DNA from: Candidatus Eiseniibacteriota bacterium
GTDB taxonomy: Bacteria; Eisenbacteria; RBG-16-71-46; JABDJR01; JAWXBZ01
NCBI GenBank assembly: GCA_034440375.1
Contig: JAWXBZ010000105.1
Coordinates: 2,269 to 66,268, forward strand
Reading direction: 5' to 3'
Length of the DNA: 64,000 nt
Below, one piece after another: positions 56,870-64,000 of this stretch. A model generated the notes under the pieces. That model ran no database searches. It was given only the letters and a program-made list of their open reading frames with translations, and was not told the origin of the DNA. Made by a program: the position numbers and the translations under genes. Position 1 is the first letter of the stretch. Each line of letters opens with the position of its first letter.

Positions 56870-58057
56870 ATGCCCGACTGGCGCCTGCTGAACAACATTC
56901 GGTGCAACATCCTTTGGGGCGTCCCGGCAAGCCTTCTCCTTTTTTCAGCGCTGGTCGGCGGCGGTTGCTCTTCCGACGACACCCCCGGCGTCGAACCGGG
57001 CCTGGATGGCGTCGCCTACGTCGTCGCCGGCACAGCCGGCGAAAGCGGTAACGTGGGTGATGGTGGCCCCGCCACCGAGGCCCTCCTGTACTGGCCGATC
57101 GACGTGGCTGTTCTCCCGGCTGGCGAACTCGTTGTCGTGGACTGGAACAATCATTGCCTGCGTAGGATCGATGCCAACGGGATCATCCATCTCTTCATCG
57201 GTTCCGGCCGCCTGGGTGACTCCAAAACGGGCCAGATGCTCGAGATCAAGTTCAACCACCCCACCGATTTCAAGATTGGGCCGGACGGGACCTACTACGT
57301 AGCCGCCTTCCATAACTGGGCCGTCCGTCGGATCGATCCGACCACCGGTCAGGCCACCACGCCCATCGGCAACTCCATCAAGGGCTTCGGTGGTGACGGC
57401 GGGCCGGCCAACGCGGCGCAGTTCAACCTCCCCGGCAGCCTCGTCTTCGATCCGACCGGGAACCTTTACATCACCGACCAGGGAAACATGCGGATCCGCA
57501 TGGTCAATGCCGGTGGCACCGTATCGACGATCGCCGGCTCAACGTTCGGATTCGAGGACGGCCAGGGCAGCAACGCCAAGTTCGGCTTCGAGGGGGATCA
57601 GGCCACGACCGGTTCGGGGCCCCGAAGTGGCTGCATCGATATTTCGGCCGACGGCCTGTATCTCTACGTGGCGGACACCCTGAACAACCGCATCCGGCGC
57701 ATCGAACTCAGCACCGGCATGGTGTCCACCATCGCCGGAACTGGCGCCACCGGCAACCTGGGCGATAACGGACCGGCGCTTGCGGCCACGCTGAACGGCC
57801 CCAGTGACGTCACCTGTGCGGCGAATGGCGACATCTACTTCTCCGACCGGTACAGCCACGTCATCCGCAAGATCAACACCGCCGGGACGATCACCCGGGT
57901 GGTCGGTACCGGCGCGAAGGGTGTCTCTCCGAACGGAACGCCGGCCCTGGAGACAAAGCTCAACGAACCACTCGGCCTGACGTTCGACAACGCCACCAAC
58001 ACGCTCTACATCGCCGACCAGTACAACCACCAGGTATTGAAGGTGAAAAATCCATGA
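56870..58057 (+). CDS. NHL-repeat (six-bladed beta-propeller) lipoprotein
   Basis: Lipobox LVGGGCSSDD. Repeated NHL-type blades (LYWPIDVAV...GELVVVDWNNHCLRRID; LPGSLVFDPTGNLYITDQGNMRIRMV; NGPSDVTCAANGDIYFSDRYSHVIRKI). Confidence 0.7.
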   Translation: MPDWRLLNNIRCNILWGVPASLLLFSALVGGGCSSDDTPGVEPGLDGVAYVVAGTAGESGNVGDGGPATEALLYWPIDVAVLPAGELVVVDWNNHCLRRIDANGIIHLFIGSGRLGDSKTGQMLEIKFNHPTDFKIGPDGTYYVAAFHNWAVRRIDPTTGQATTPIGNSIKGFGGDGGPANAAQFNLPGSLVFDPTGNLYITDQGNMRIRMVNAGGTVSTIAGSTFGFEDGQGSNAKFGFEGDQATTGSGPRSGCIDISADGLYLYVADTLNNRIRRIELSTGMVSTIAGTGATGNLGDNGPALAATLNGPSDVTCAANGDIYFSDRYSHVIRKINTAGTITRVVGTGAKGVSPNGTPALETKLNEPLGLTFDNATNTLYIADQYNHQVLKVKNP

Positions 58058-59184
58058 TGACTCGATACGCGATTGCCTTGATGACCGCGGCGATTCTCGT
58101 CGGCTGCGGCAGTGACACGTCGACCGGCCCACGGGTCGAGATGGACGGCGTCCTCTACAACGTGGCCGGCGTCGCCGGTGAACCGGGCGGCGGCCGTGAT
58201 GGTGTCCAGGCGACGGCGTCGCGCCTTTATTGGCCTCAGGACCTGGTTGTCGATGCTGCCGGCGAGATCATCGTGGCCGACTGGAACAACCATGTGATCC
58301 GCGCCATCAGCACCGACGGCAAAATTCGCCGAATCATGGGTTCGGGAATTCACGGTGATGACAGCAACGGTGCGGCACTCGAGGTCAACCTGAACCATCC
58401 CGACGGAGTCGCCATCGGACCCGACGGTAACGTCTACATTTCGGGGTGGCACAACTGGAAGATCAAGATGTGGGATGTCGCGACGGGCCTCATCTCGTCG
58501 GTTGTCGGCAGCGACAATGGCTTCAGCGGTGATGGCGGACTGGCTACCGAGGCCGCCATCTCGCTTCCGAGCAGCGTCGTCTGGGACCACAGCCATAACA
58601 TGTACATCTCGGACCAGGGGAACAACCGGATCCGCAAGATCAATACCAATGGCATCATCCGGACATTTGCGGGGGCCGGCAGGGGTTTCACTGACGGCGT
58701 CGGCCCGGGGGTGAAGTTCGCCTTCCCGAATGGAACCGACGCCTATCCGGGCGGCCGTATCGACGTCAGCGCGGACGGGCGCTATCTCTACGTTGCCGAT
58801 ACCGAGAACCACCGGGTTCGCCGCATCGAGCTCGCCACACAGGTCGTCACGACCATCGGCGGCGACGGCAGCGGCGCGTACACCGGCGACGGTGGCCAGG
58901 CCACTCTGGCCCGATTCAACTACCCCACCGATATTGCCTGCACGCCGGAAGGGGACATTTTCGTGGCCGACGCCAGGAACCATGCCGTCCGAATGATTGC
59001 GGCTGACGGCCAGGTGACCACGGTGGCCGGCACCGGCATCCGCGGTGTTTCGGGTGACGCTACCCTGGCCACGGAGGCCAATCTGGATACCCCGTCAGCC
59101 CTCTACTATCACGTGGCAACGAGGACCCTCTACATCTCCGACACCTACAATTGCCAGATCAAGAAGGTGAGGTTCCCCGCTTAG
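58054..59184 (+). CDS. NHL-repeat lipoprotein, paralog of the preceding gene
   Basis: Lipobox LVGCGSD. Blades LYWPQDLVVDAAGEIIVADWNNHVIRAIS and NYPTDIACTPEGDIFVADARNHAVRMI. ATGA overlap with the upstream paralog. Confidence 0.7.
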   Translation: MMTRYAIALMTAAILVGCGSDTSTGPRVEMDGVLYNVAGVAGEPGGGRDGVQATASRLYWPQDLVVDAAGEIIVADWNNHVIRAISTDGKIRRIMGSGIHGDDSNGAALEVNLNHPDGVAIGPDGNVYISGWHNWKIKMWDVATGLISSVVGSDNGFSGDGGLATEAAISLPSSVVWDHSHNMYISDQGNNRIRKINTNGIIRTFAGAGRGFTDGVGPGVKFAFPNGTDAYPGGRIDVSADGRYLYVADTENHRVRRIELATQVVTTIGGDGSGAYTGDGGQATLARFNYPTDIACTPEGDIFVADARNHAVRMIAADGQVTTVAGTGIRGVSGDATLATEANLDTPSALYYHVATRTLYISDTYNCQIKKVRFPA

Positions 59185-59204
59185 CACTTCAGAGTTCCAG
59201 CATC

Positions 59205-59243
59205 GGGCCGGCGGCGACTTCGATCGCGCCGGCCCTTTTTCTT
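59205..59243 (+). terminator. Rho-independent terminator
   Basis: GGGCCGGCG...CGCCGGCCC stem (9 bp) followed by TTTTTCTT, 20 bp after the NHL gene's stop. Confidence 0.55.
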
Positions 59244-59254
59244 GGCCTGCGGCA

Positions 59255-59725
59255 CTACCGGGCGCCCTCAATGATCCAGGTCCGGACCAGTTCCAGATCG
59301 CCCGGCGTCAGAGAGGCGCGATTGTCCGGCATCCGATCGCCACGGATGCCCCCTCGCCCCTCCAGCTTCCAGAAGAGATAGCTGGAGTCGGGCAGCCCCG
59401 GTTTGATGGCGCAGATACGGAGGGCGGTGGCCTCTTCCCCCGCCTCGAACAGATCGGCATGCGTGCCGGTCAAGTACCGGGAGCGGGTCCCGAGACGGCT
59501 GTGGCATCCCGCGGTGTTGCACGAGTAGCGATCGATCAACGGCGCGATATCCGCCGCGTAGGTCACGGAGGCCGGAAGGCTGGTGTCGGCCACGCTTGTG
59601 CAATCGGGGGGCGGGCCGGGTGTCGTGGAGCCGGAACCGCACGACTGGAATGCCAGCGCGAGGCCGAGCATCGCCGCGGCACTCAAGAAAAACGGGGTCC
59701 GGTGGGAGTGAATCAGAAGCGGCAA
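59255..59725 (-). CDS. Small lipoprotein with a PSCyt1-like (planctomycete-type cytochrome c-like) domain carrying a C-x4-CH motif
   Basis: Lipobox LAFQSCGSG. ...DIAPLIDRYSCNTAGCHS...RMPDN...LTPGDLELVRTWIIEGA resembles the PSCyt1 pattern (F..DI.PIL...C..CH ... L..WI..GA), but with two extra residues between the Cys pair. Confidence 0.45.
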   Translation of the reverse strand: MPLLIHSHRTPFFLSAAAMLGLALAFQSCGSGSTTPGPPPDCTSVADTSLPASVTYAADIAPLIDRYSCNTAGCHSRLGTRSRYLTGTHADLFEAGEEATALRICAIKPGLPDSSYLFWKLEGRGGIRGDRMPDNRASLTPGDLELVRTWIIEGAR

Positions 59726-60804
59726 ACGCGGACGCGGTTGTTGTACGTATCGGCAATCCAGAGATCACCGCTGGCATCGAATGCCAGGGCCGAGGGGTAA
59801 TCAAGTTCCGCCTCGAGCGCCGGCCCGCCATCACCGCCAAAGCCCCGCAGGCCGGTGCCGGCAACGGTCGTTATCACGCCATCGGACGCCACACGCCGGA
59901 TCCGGTTGTTGCCCGAATCGGCGATGTAAATCGCACCGTCCGGTCCAGGAATCGCGTCGTAGGGATCGGAGAGTCCGGCTGCGGCGCCCGGGCCACCATC
60001 CCCCTCTGAGCCCGGCTGGCCGGTGCCCGCCACGGCATGAATGATGCCGGCGGCATCGATACGCCGCACCGCATGATTGCCTGTGTCGCAGATGTAAAGA
60101 TCGCCCGTGGCCTGGTTCAGGCGAAGTCGATAAGGGTGCCGGAGTCTGGCCGCCGCCGCCGGACCGCCGTCGCCGGCATGGCCCGCAAGGCCGGTGCCGG
60201 CGATGGTCGTTACGCGGCCATTCGCATCGATCCGTCGAATCCGGTGATTGCTGGTATCGGCCACGTAAATCGGGCTGCCGCCGGTGGCCACCGCCACGCC
60301 GCACGGCTCGTCGAATGAGGCTTCCAGCGCGGGGACGTTTTCGTCGCCTACGCCGTGCTCGGCCCGTCCGGCCACGATGAAGGCCCGCCCGTTGGGGTTG
60401 CAATAAAGGATTCGGGGCTCGTGGTTACCGGCCAGGTAAAAGCCGCCGAGCCCATCGCGGGCCATCGAGAAGGTGTGGTGCAAGGGTGTCTCGAGGGCGG
60501 GCCGGTCATCGATGACCGCGGCCTCGGCCCCCGTTCCCATGATCGTGCGGAGGCGATTGTCCGAGTCCAGCCGGCGGATCCGGAAGTTGTTCCAATCGAG
60601 GATGAGCAGTCGCCCGCTCTCGTCAAACCCAAGGTCAATCGGCAGAAAGAGCGCCGCCTGATGGGGAGGGGCGCCTTCGCCGCGATAGGCCGGCACACCC
60701 GTTCCCACGACGCTGCAGATCGAGCCGGGGTCCGTGCATGTGACCTGTTCGACGCCGGCCGGATCCTTGCCGCAGCCACTGGCCAGGAGAAGAACCAGCG
60801 CCAT
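59713..60804 (-). CDS. NHL-repeat lipoprotein
   Basis: Lipobox MALVLLLASGCGKD. Blades LFLPIDLGFDESGRLLILDWNNFRIRRLD and LSDPYDAIPGPDGAIYIADSGNNRIRRV. The start at 60804 avoids overlap with the upstream gene. Confidence 0.65.
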   Translation of the reverse strand: MALVLLLASGCGKDPAGVEQVTCTDPGSICSVVGTGVPAYRGEGAPPHQAALFLPIDLGFDESGRLLILDWNNFRIRRLDSDNRLRTIMGTGAEAAVIDDRPALETPLHHTFSMARDGLGGFYLAGNHEPRILYCNPNGRAFIVAGRAEHGVGDENVPALEASFDEPCGVAVATGGSPIYVADTSNHRIRRIDANGRVTTIAGTGLAGHAGDGGPAAAARLRHPYRLRLNQATGDLYICDTGNHAVRRIDAAGIIHAVAGTGQPGSEGDGGPGAAAGLSDPYDAIPGPDGAIYIADSGNNRIRRVASDGVITTVAGTGLRGFGGDGGPALEAELDYPSALAFDASGDLWIADTYNNRVRVCRF

Positions 60805-60845
60805 GACTCGTGGCAGGATCGGCCATTGCGATAAATGAAATTCCC

Positions 60846-61376
60846 TCACTCCGGCGCCCCGTTCGTGATCCATTCCTCGATGACATCGATCTCGCCGTCC
60901 GAGAGGTAAGGCCCGCCATTCGGCATTCGACGCCCCTTGGTCGCCGGCACGCCCCGAAGCTTTTGAATCAGGAAACTGTTGTCGGGATCATTGGGATCGA
61001 CCCGGAGCAGCCCCTCGAGCTGGGCATCGCGCGTCGTTGGGACCACACCCACGAGATTCTGGTGGGACATGCCGGCCTCGAGGACAAGTCCGGCCTCACC
61101 CTGCGCCGAACTGTGGCAATTGCTGGTGGCGCAGGTCGGCGTGAAAATCTCGGCCTGGATACTGGCCATGGTCGGCTCGACCGTCACCGGTGGGGGTTTG
61201 CTGTCCCCGCCGCAGGCGGCCAGTGCAATACTGATGAGCAATCCGACCGCCACCACAACCTGTTGCCATGAAACAATTTGAGAGAGAGAGCGAGGCAAGA
61301 TCCGATCCTCCGCAGCCAACTGGTGATGCCCCCCTTGAGGACTTACCGTCTGTAATGATAGCTGAAGTCGCCGCAC
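60846..61376 (-). CDS. Small lipoprotein with a PSCyt1-like domain (C-x4-CH), paralog of the 59255-59725 protein
   Basis: LAACGGDS lipobox; ...IQAEIFTPTCATSNCHS...RRMPNG...LSDGEIDVIEEWITNGAPE. The exact start is uncertain. Confidence 0.45.
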   Translation of the reverse strand: MRRLQLSLQTVSPQGGHHQLAAEDRILPRSLSQIVSWQQVVVAVGLLISIALAACGGDSKPPPVTVEPTMASIQAEIFTPTCATSNCHSSAQGEAGLVLEAGMSHQNLVGVVPTTRDAQLEGLLRVDPNDPDNSFLIQKLRGVPATKGRRMPNGGPYLSDGEIDVIEEWITNGAPE

Positions 61377-61411
61377 CCCGGAATCATTGGCTCAGACGTT
61401 GTTGCCGGCCG

Positions 61412-61897
61412 TCAATCGGAAGCACCAGGTCCGGGGGCTTGTCCCAGGCGTCTCGTCAACACGCGATCCAGCGCATTGGCAAAGGCCTGCCGGTCCCGCG
61501 AATGAAAGGATGGCGGGCCCCCCGTAATCTGGCCGGCTCCCCGCAGGTCATACATCAGATCCCGCGACGACAGGATCTCTCCCACATTTTCGGGCGTGTA
61601 CTCCCGCCCCCGCGGGTCGATCACCGCCAGCCCACGGCCAACCAGGAGCGCCGCCAGCGGGATGTCGGCCGTGATGGCGATGTCCGCCGCTTCGGCATGA
61701 TCCACGATGTACTGATCGGCCACATCCGCCCCGCCCTCAACGAGGACGCTCGTGACCATGGGGCTGGCGGCGGGAAGCGGCATTCCCTGATTGGCTACCA
61801 GGATCGTCTGCAGTCCGATGCGTTTCGCCGCCCGGAAGATGACATCCTTGACCTCGCGGGGCATGGCATCGGCGTCGATCCAGAGTTTCAGCGGCAC
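61412..61897 (-). CDS. YaiI/UPF0178 (DUF188) family protein
   Basis: The N-terminus MPLKLWIDADAMPREVKDVI matches the UPF0178 signature (IWVDADACP). It overlaps the upstream M13 peptidase gene's stop. Confidence 0.7.
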   Translation of the reverse strand: MPLKLWIDADAMPREVKDVIFRAAKRIGLQTILVANQGMPLPAASPMVTSVLVEGGADVADQYIVDHAEAADIAITADIPLAALLVGRGLAVIDPRGREYTPENVGEILSSRDLMYDLRGAGQITGGPPSFHSRDRQAFANALDRVLTRRLGQAPGPGASD

Positions 61898-63960
61898 TAC
61901 CAGATGCGGACCCGTTCCTCCGGCGCCAGGAACATCGCATCGCCCGACTTCAGGTTGAATGCCTCGTAGAAGGCGTCGACATTGCGGAGGGTGCCGTTGA
62001 CGCGGAATTCGTTGGGGCTGTGGGGGTCCGAGGTGATGACCGTGGCCATCAGGGCGTCCCGCATCTTTCCCTGCCAGATCTGGGCGTAGCCGAGGAAGAA
62101 GCGCTGGTCGCCGGTCAGTCCGTCGATCACCGGCGCCTCCTTTCCCTTCAGGCTGAGATGGTAGGCGTGGTAGGCGATTTCGAGTCCGCCCAGGTCGCCG
62201 ATGTTTTCCCCCAGGGTCAGTTCACCATTGACGTTCATGCCTTCGAGCGGGCTGAAGGCTGAGTACTGCTTGACCAGCATGTCGGCGCGCTGCTTGAAGC
62301 GCTCGGCGTCGGCCTCGGTCCACCAGTCGGTCAGGACACCGTTTCCGTCCGATTTGCGCCCCTGATCGTCGAATCCGTGGCCGATCTCATGGCCGATGAC
62401 GGCCCCGATACCACCGTAATTGACGGCATCATCCGCGACGGCATCGAAGAAGGGGGGCTGCAGAATCGCGGCCGGGAAAACAATCTCGTTCATCGAGGGA
62501 TTGTAGTAGGCGTTGACCGTTTGAGGCGTGAGAAACCACTCATCGAGATCGACCGGCTTGTCGAGTTTGGACAGTTCAAAATCATAGTCGAGTTCGCGCG
62601 ACCGGTTCACGTTACCGAGCAAGTCGCCTTTCCGGACGTCCAGGGCGAAGTAGTCACGCCACTTCTTCGGGTAACCGATCTTGACGTTGAACTTGGCCAG
62701 CTTTTCATGCGCCTTGACCTTGGTTTCGGCGCTCATCCACTCGAGCGTGTCGATTCGCTCGGCCATGGCCGCGATGAGATTGTTGACCAGTTCGTCCACC
62801 CGGGACTTGGCCTCCGGCGTGAAGTGCCGCTCGACATACAGTCGACCGACCGCTTCCCCAAGGGTGCCGTTGATGAGCTGGGTTCCACGGCGCCACCGCT
62901 CCCGTTTCTGCTTTGCTCCGGTCACGGCGGTGGAGAAGAACGTGAAGTTGGCGTCATCGACCGACTCGGGCAAAAAGGCGGCATTGTTCCGCAGCAGGGC
63001 GGTGGCCACGAAGTCCTGCCACACCTCGACCGGGGTTTCGGAGAATACCTTTCCCATGCCGGCTATCGCGCTTGGCATCATGACGATGTAGTCGGGCTGC
63101 TGATCTAGCTCAAGTCCGGCCAGATAGGGCGCCCAGGGAAATTTCGGGGCGAGTACTTCCATTTCCTTCCGGCTCATCTTGTTGTAGGTCTTTTCGACGT
63201 CGCGGGTTTCCTCCGCGGGCCAGTGCGCCTTGGCCAGCGCCGTTTCAAGCGTCAGGATGGCCCCGGCACGACGCGCCGGCTCGGACCGACCGGCAAAGGT
63301 CAGCAGCTTGACCAGGTAAGCCTGATACGCCTCGCGCGCATTCGCGAAACGGGGATTCTCCCTGTCCAGGTAGTAGTCACGATCCGGCAGCGCCAGCCCA
63401 CCCTGCCCCAGATGGGGCCGATAGTGGGCTGGATCCTTCGAATCCTGTTGGATGGAAAAATTGAACGGCGTCGTGGCACCGAGCCGGGAGAACTCCGCCA
63501 GGAGTGCCGCCACATCGTCATGCGACTTTGCCTTCTTGATCTTTTCCAGGTCCGCGGACATCGGTTCGAGCCCCCTGGCTTCCCGCGTCTTGTCGTCGAC
63601 GAAGTCGTTGTACATGTCACCGATTTTCTGCGACAAGCTTCCGGGCTTCACATCCGGCATCGCCGCCGCCTCGGATACGATGGCCTTCACGTTGTTTTCC
63701 GACCGAAGAAAGAGATGCACGAACGGACCGTAGCTCGCCAGGTCGGCCGGGATCTCAAAAGTGTCGAGCCACTGCCCGTTGGCATGACGAAAGAAGTCGT
63801 CCTGCGGGCGGACCGATGTTTTCCGGTTCTTGAGATCAACTCCGAATTCGCCCAGTTCAGGGGTGGCGGCGGAGGCGGCGTGATTCGGGGCCATGAGAAC
63901 GGTCAGTCCGAGCAGCGCCGACAAGTGACGGACACGAGATGGATGGGACAAATTGAACAT
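61897..63960 (-). CDS. M13-family zinc metallopeptidase (neprilysin/PepO-like), secreted
   Basis: Signal peptide; VIGHEIGHGFDDQGRKSDGNG (HExxH), a downstream E (third zinc ligand) and a C-terminal ...NVDAFYEAFNLKSGDAMFLAPEERVRIW typical of the M13 family. Confidence 0.85.
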   Translation of the reverse strand: MFNLSHPSRVRHLSALLGLTVLMAPNHAASAATPELGEFGVDLKNRKTSVRPQDDFFRHANGQWLDTFEIPADLASYGPFVHLFLRSENNVKAIVSEAAAMPDVKPGSLSQKIGDMYNDFVDDKTREARGLEPMSADLEKIKKAKSHDDVAALLAEFSRLGATTPFNFSIQQDSKDPAHYRPHLGQGGLALPDRDYYLDRENPRFANAREAYQAYLVKLLTFAGRSEPARRAGAILTLETALAKAHWPAEETRDVEKTYNKMSRKEMEVLAPKFPWAPYLAGLELDQQPDYIVMMPSAIAGMGKVFSETPVEVWQDFVATALLRNNAAFLPESVDDANFTFFSTAVTGAKQKRERWRRGTQLINGTLGEAVGRLYVERHFTPEAKSRVDELVNNLIAAMAERIDTLEWMSAETKVKAHEKLAKFNVKIGYPKKWRDYFALDVRKGDLLGNVNRSRELDYDFELSKLDKPVDLDEWFLTPQTVNAYYNPSMNEIVFPAAILQPPFFDAVADDAVNYGGIGAVIGHEIGHGFDDQGRKSDGNGVLTDWWTEADAERFKQRADMLVKQYSAFSPLEGMNVNGELTLGENIGDLGGLEIAYHAYHLSLKGKEAPVIDGLTGDQRFFLGYAQIWQGKMRDALMATVITSDPHSPNEFRVNGTLRNVDAFYEAFNLKSGDAMFLAPEERVRIW

Positions 63961-64000
63961 GAGATCAAGGCTCCTTCTGGGGCGCGATGCTGTCCACAGG

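Overview
This window is a GC-rich (roughly two-thirds G+C by eye), densely coding bacterial chromosomal segment. I see no rRNA, tRNA, CRISPR array, transposase or integrase. Five secreted proteins carry a C-terminal domain resembling a T9SS type-A / FlgD-Ig sorting domain, which fits an FCB-group (Gemmatimonadota-like) organism.

Recognisable genes and clusters:
- A 5'-partial RapA-like Snf2 helicase, followed by a Phd/YefM–VapC toxin–antitoxin pair.
- A complete minus-strand suf Fe-S operon (Rrf2 regulator, sufB, sufC, sufD, sufS, sufU, sufT) with a palindromic operator.
- A lipoprotein, a beta-helix exoprotein, an OPA-type MFS transporter and a GT39-Tag operon.
- A GAF membrane protein, a THUMP RNA methyltransferase and the pxpBCA 5-oxoprolinase operon.
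- A 1135-aa regulator that combines a MalT-like ATPase, TPR repeats and a C-terminal winged-helix/BTAD (SARP) module. It sits directly upstream of a secreted subtilase, an unknown exoprotein and a 1127-aa exoprotein with an HExxH motif, a lamin-tail domain and a pre-peptidase C-terminal domain.
- A VTC–DUF4956 pair next to a phosphate-selective porin.
- An operon of ECF sigma factor, ZAS anti-sigma factor, TPR-CHAT caspase-like protease and S8 subtilase.
- A glycosylation/envelope cluster: a GT28-like transferase, two GT4 transferases, a tandem APH-like kinase, an outer-membrane barrel, two paralogous CarboxypepD_reg-repeat exoproteins and an MsbA-like ABC exporter.
- msrA and recQ, a DUF-type secreted protein, and an SDR oxidoreductase.
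- Three NHL-repeat lipoproteins (plus one further non-lipoprotein paralog), with two small PSCyt1-like proteins that carry a C-x4-CH motif.
- A YaiI homologue and an M13 peptidase.

The most unusual candidates are the ECF/anti-sigma/CHAT/subtilase operon and the MalT–SARP regulator with its protease regulon. The regulon includes an 11-bp tandem direct repeat immediately upstream of the downstream genes.
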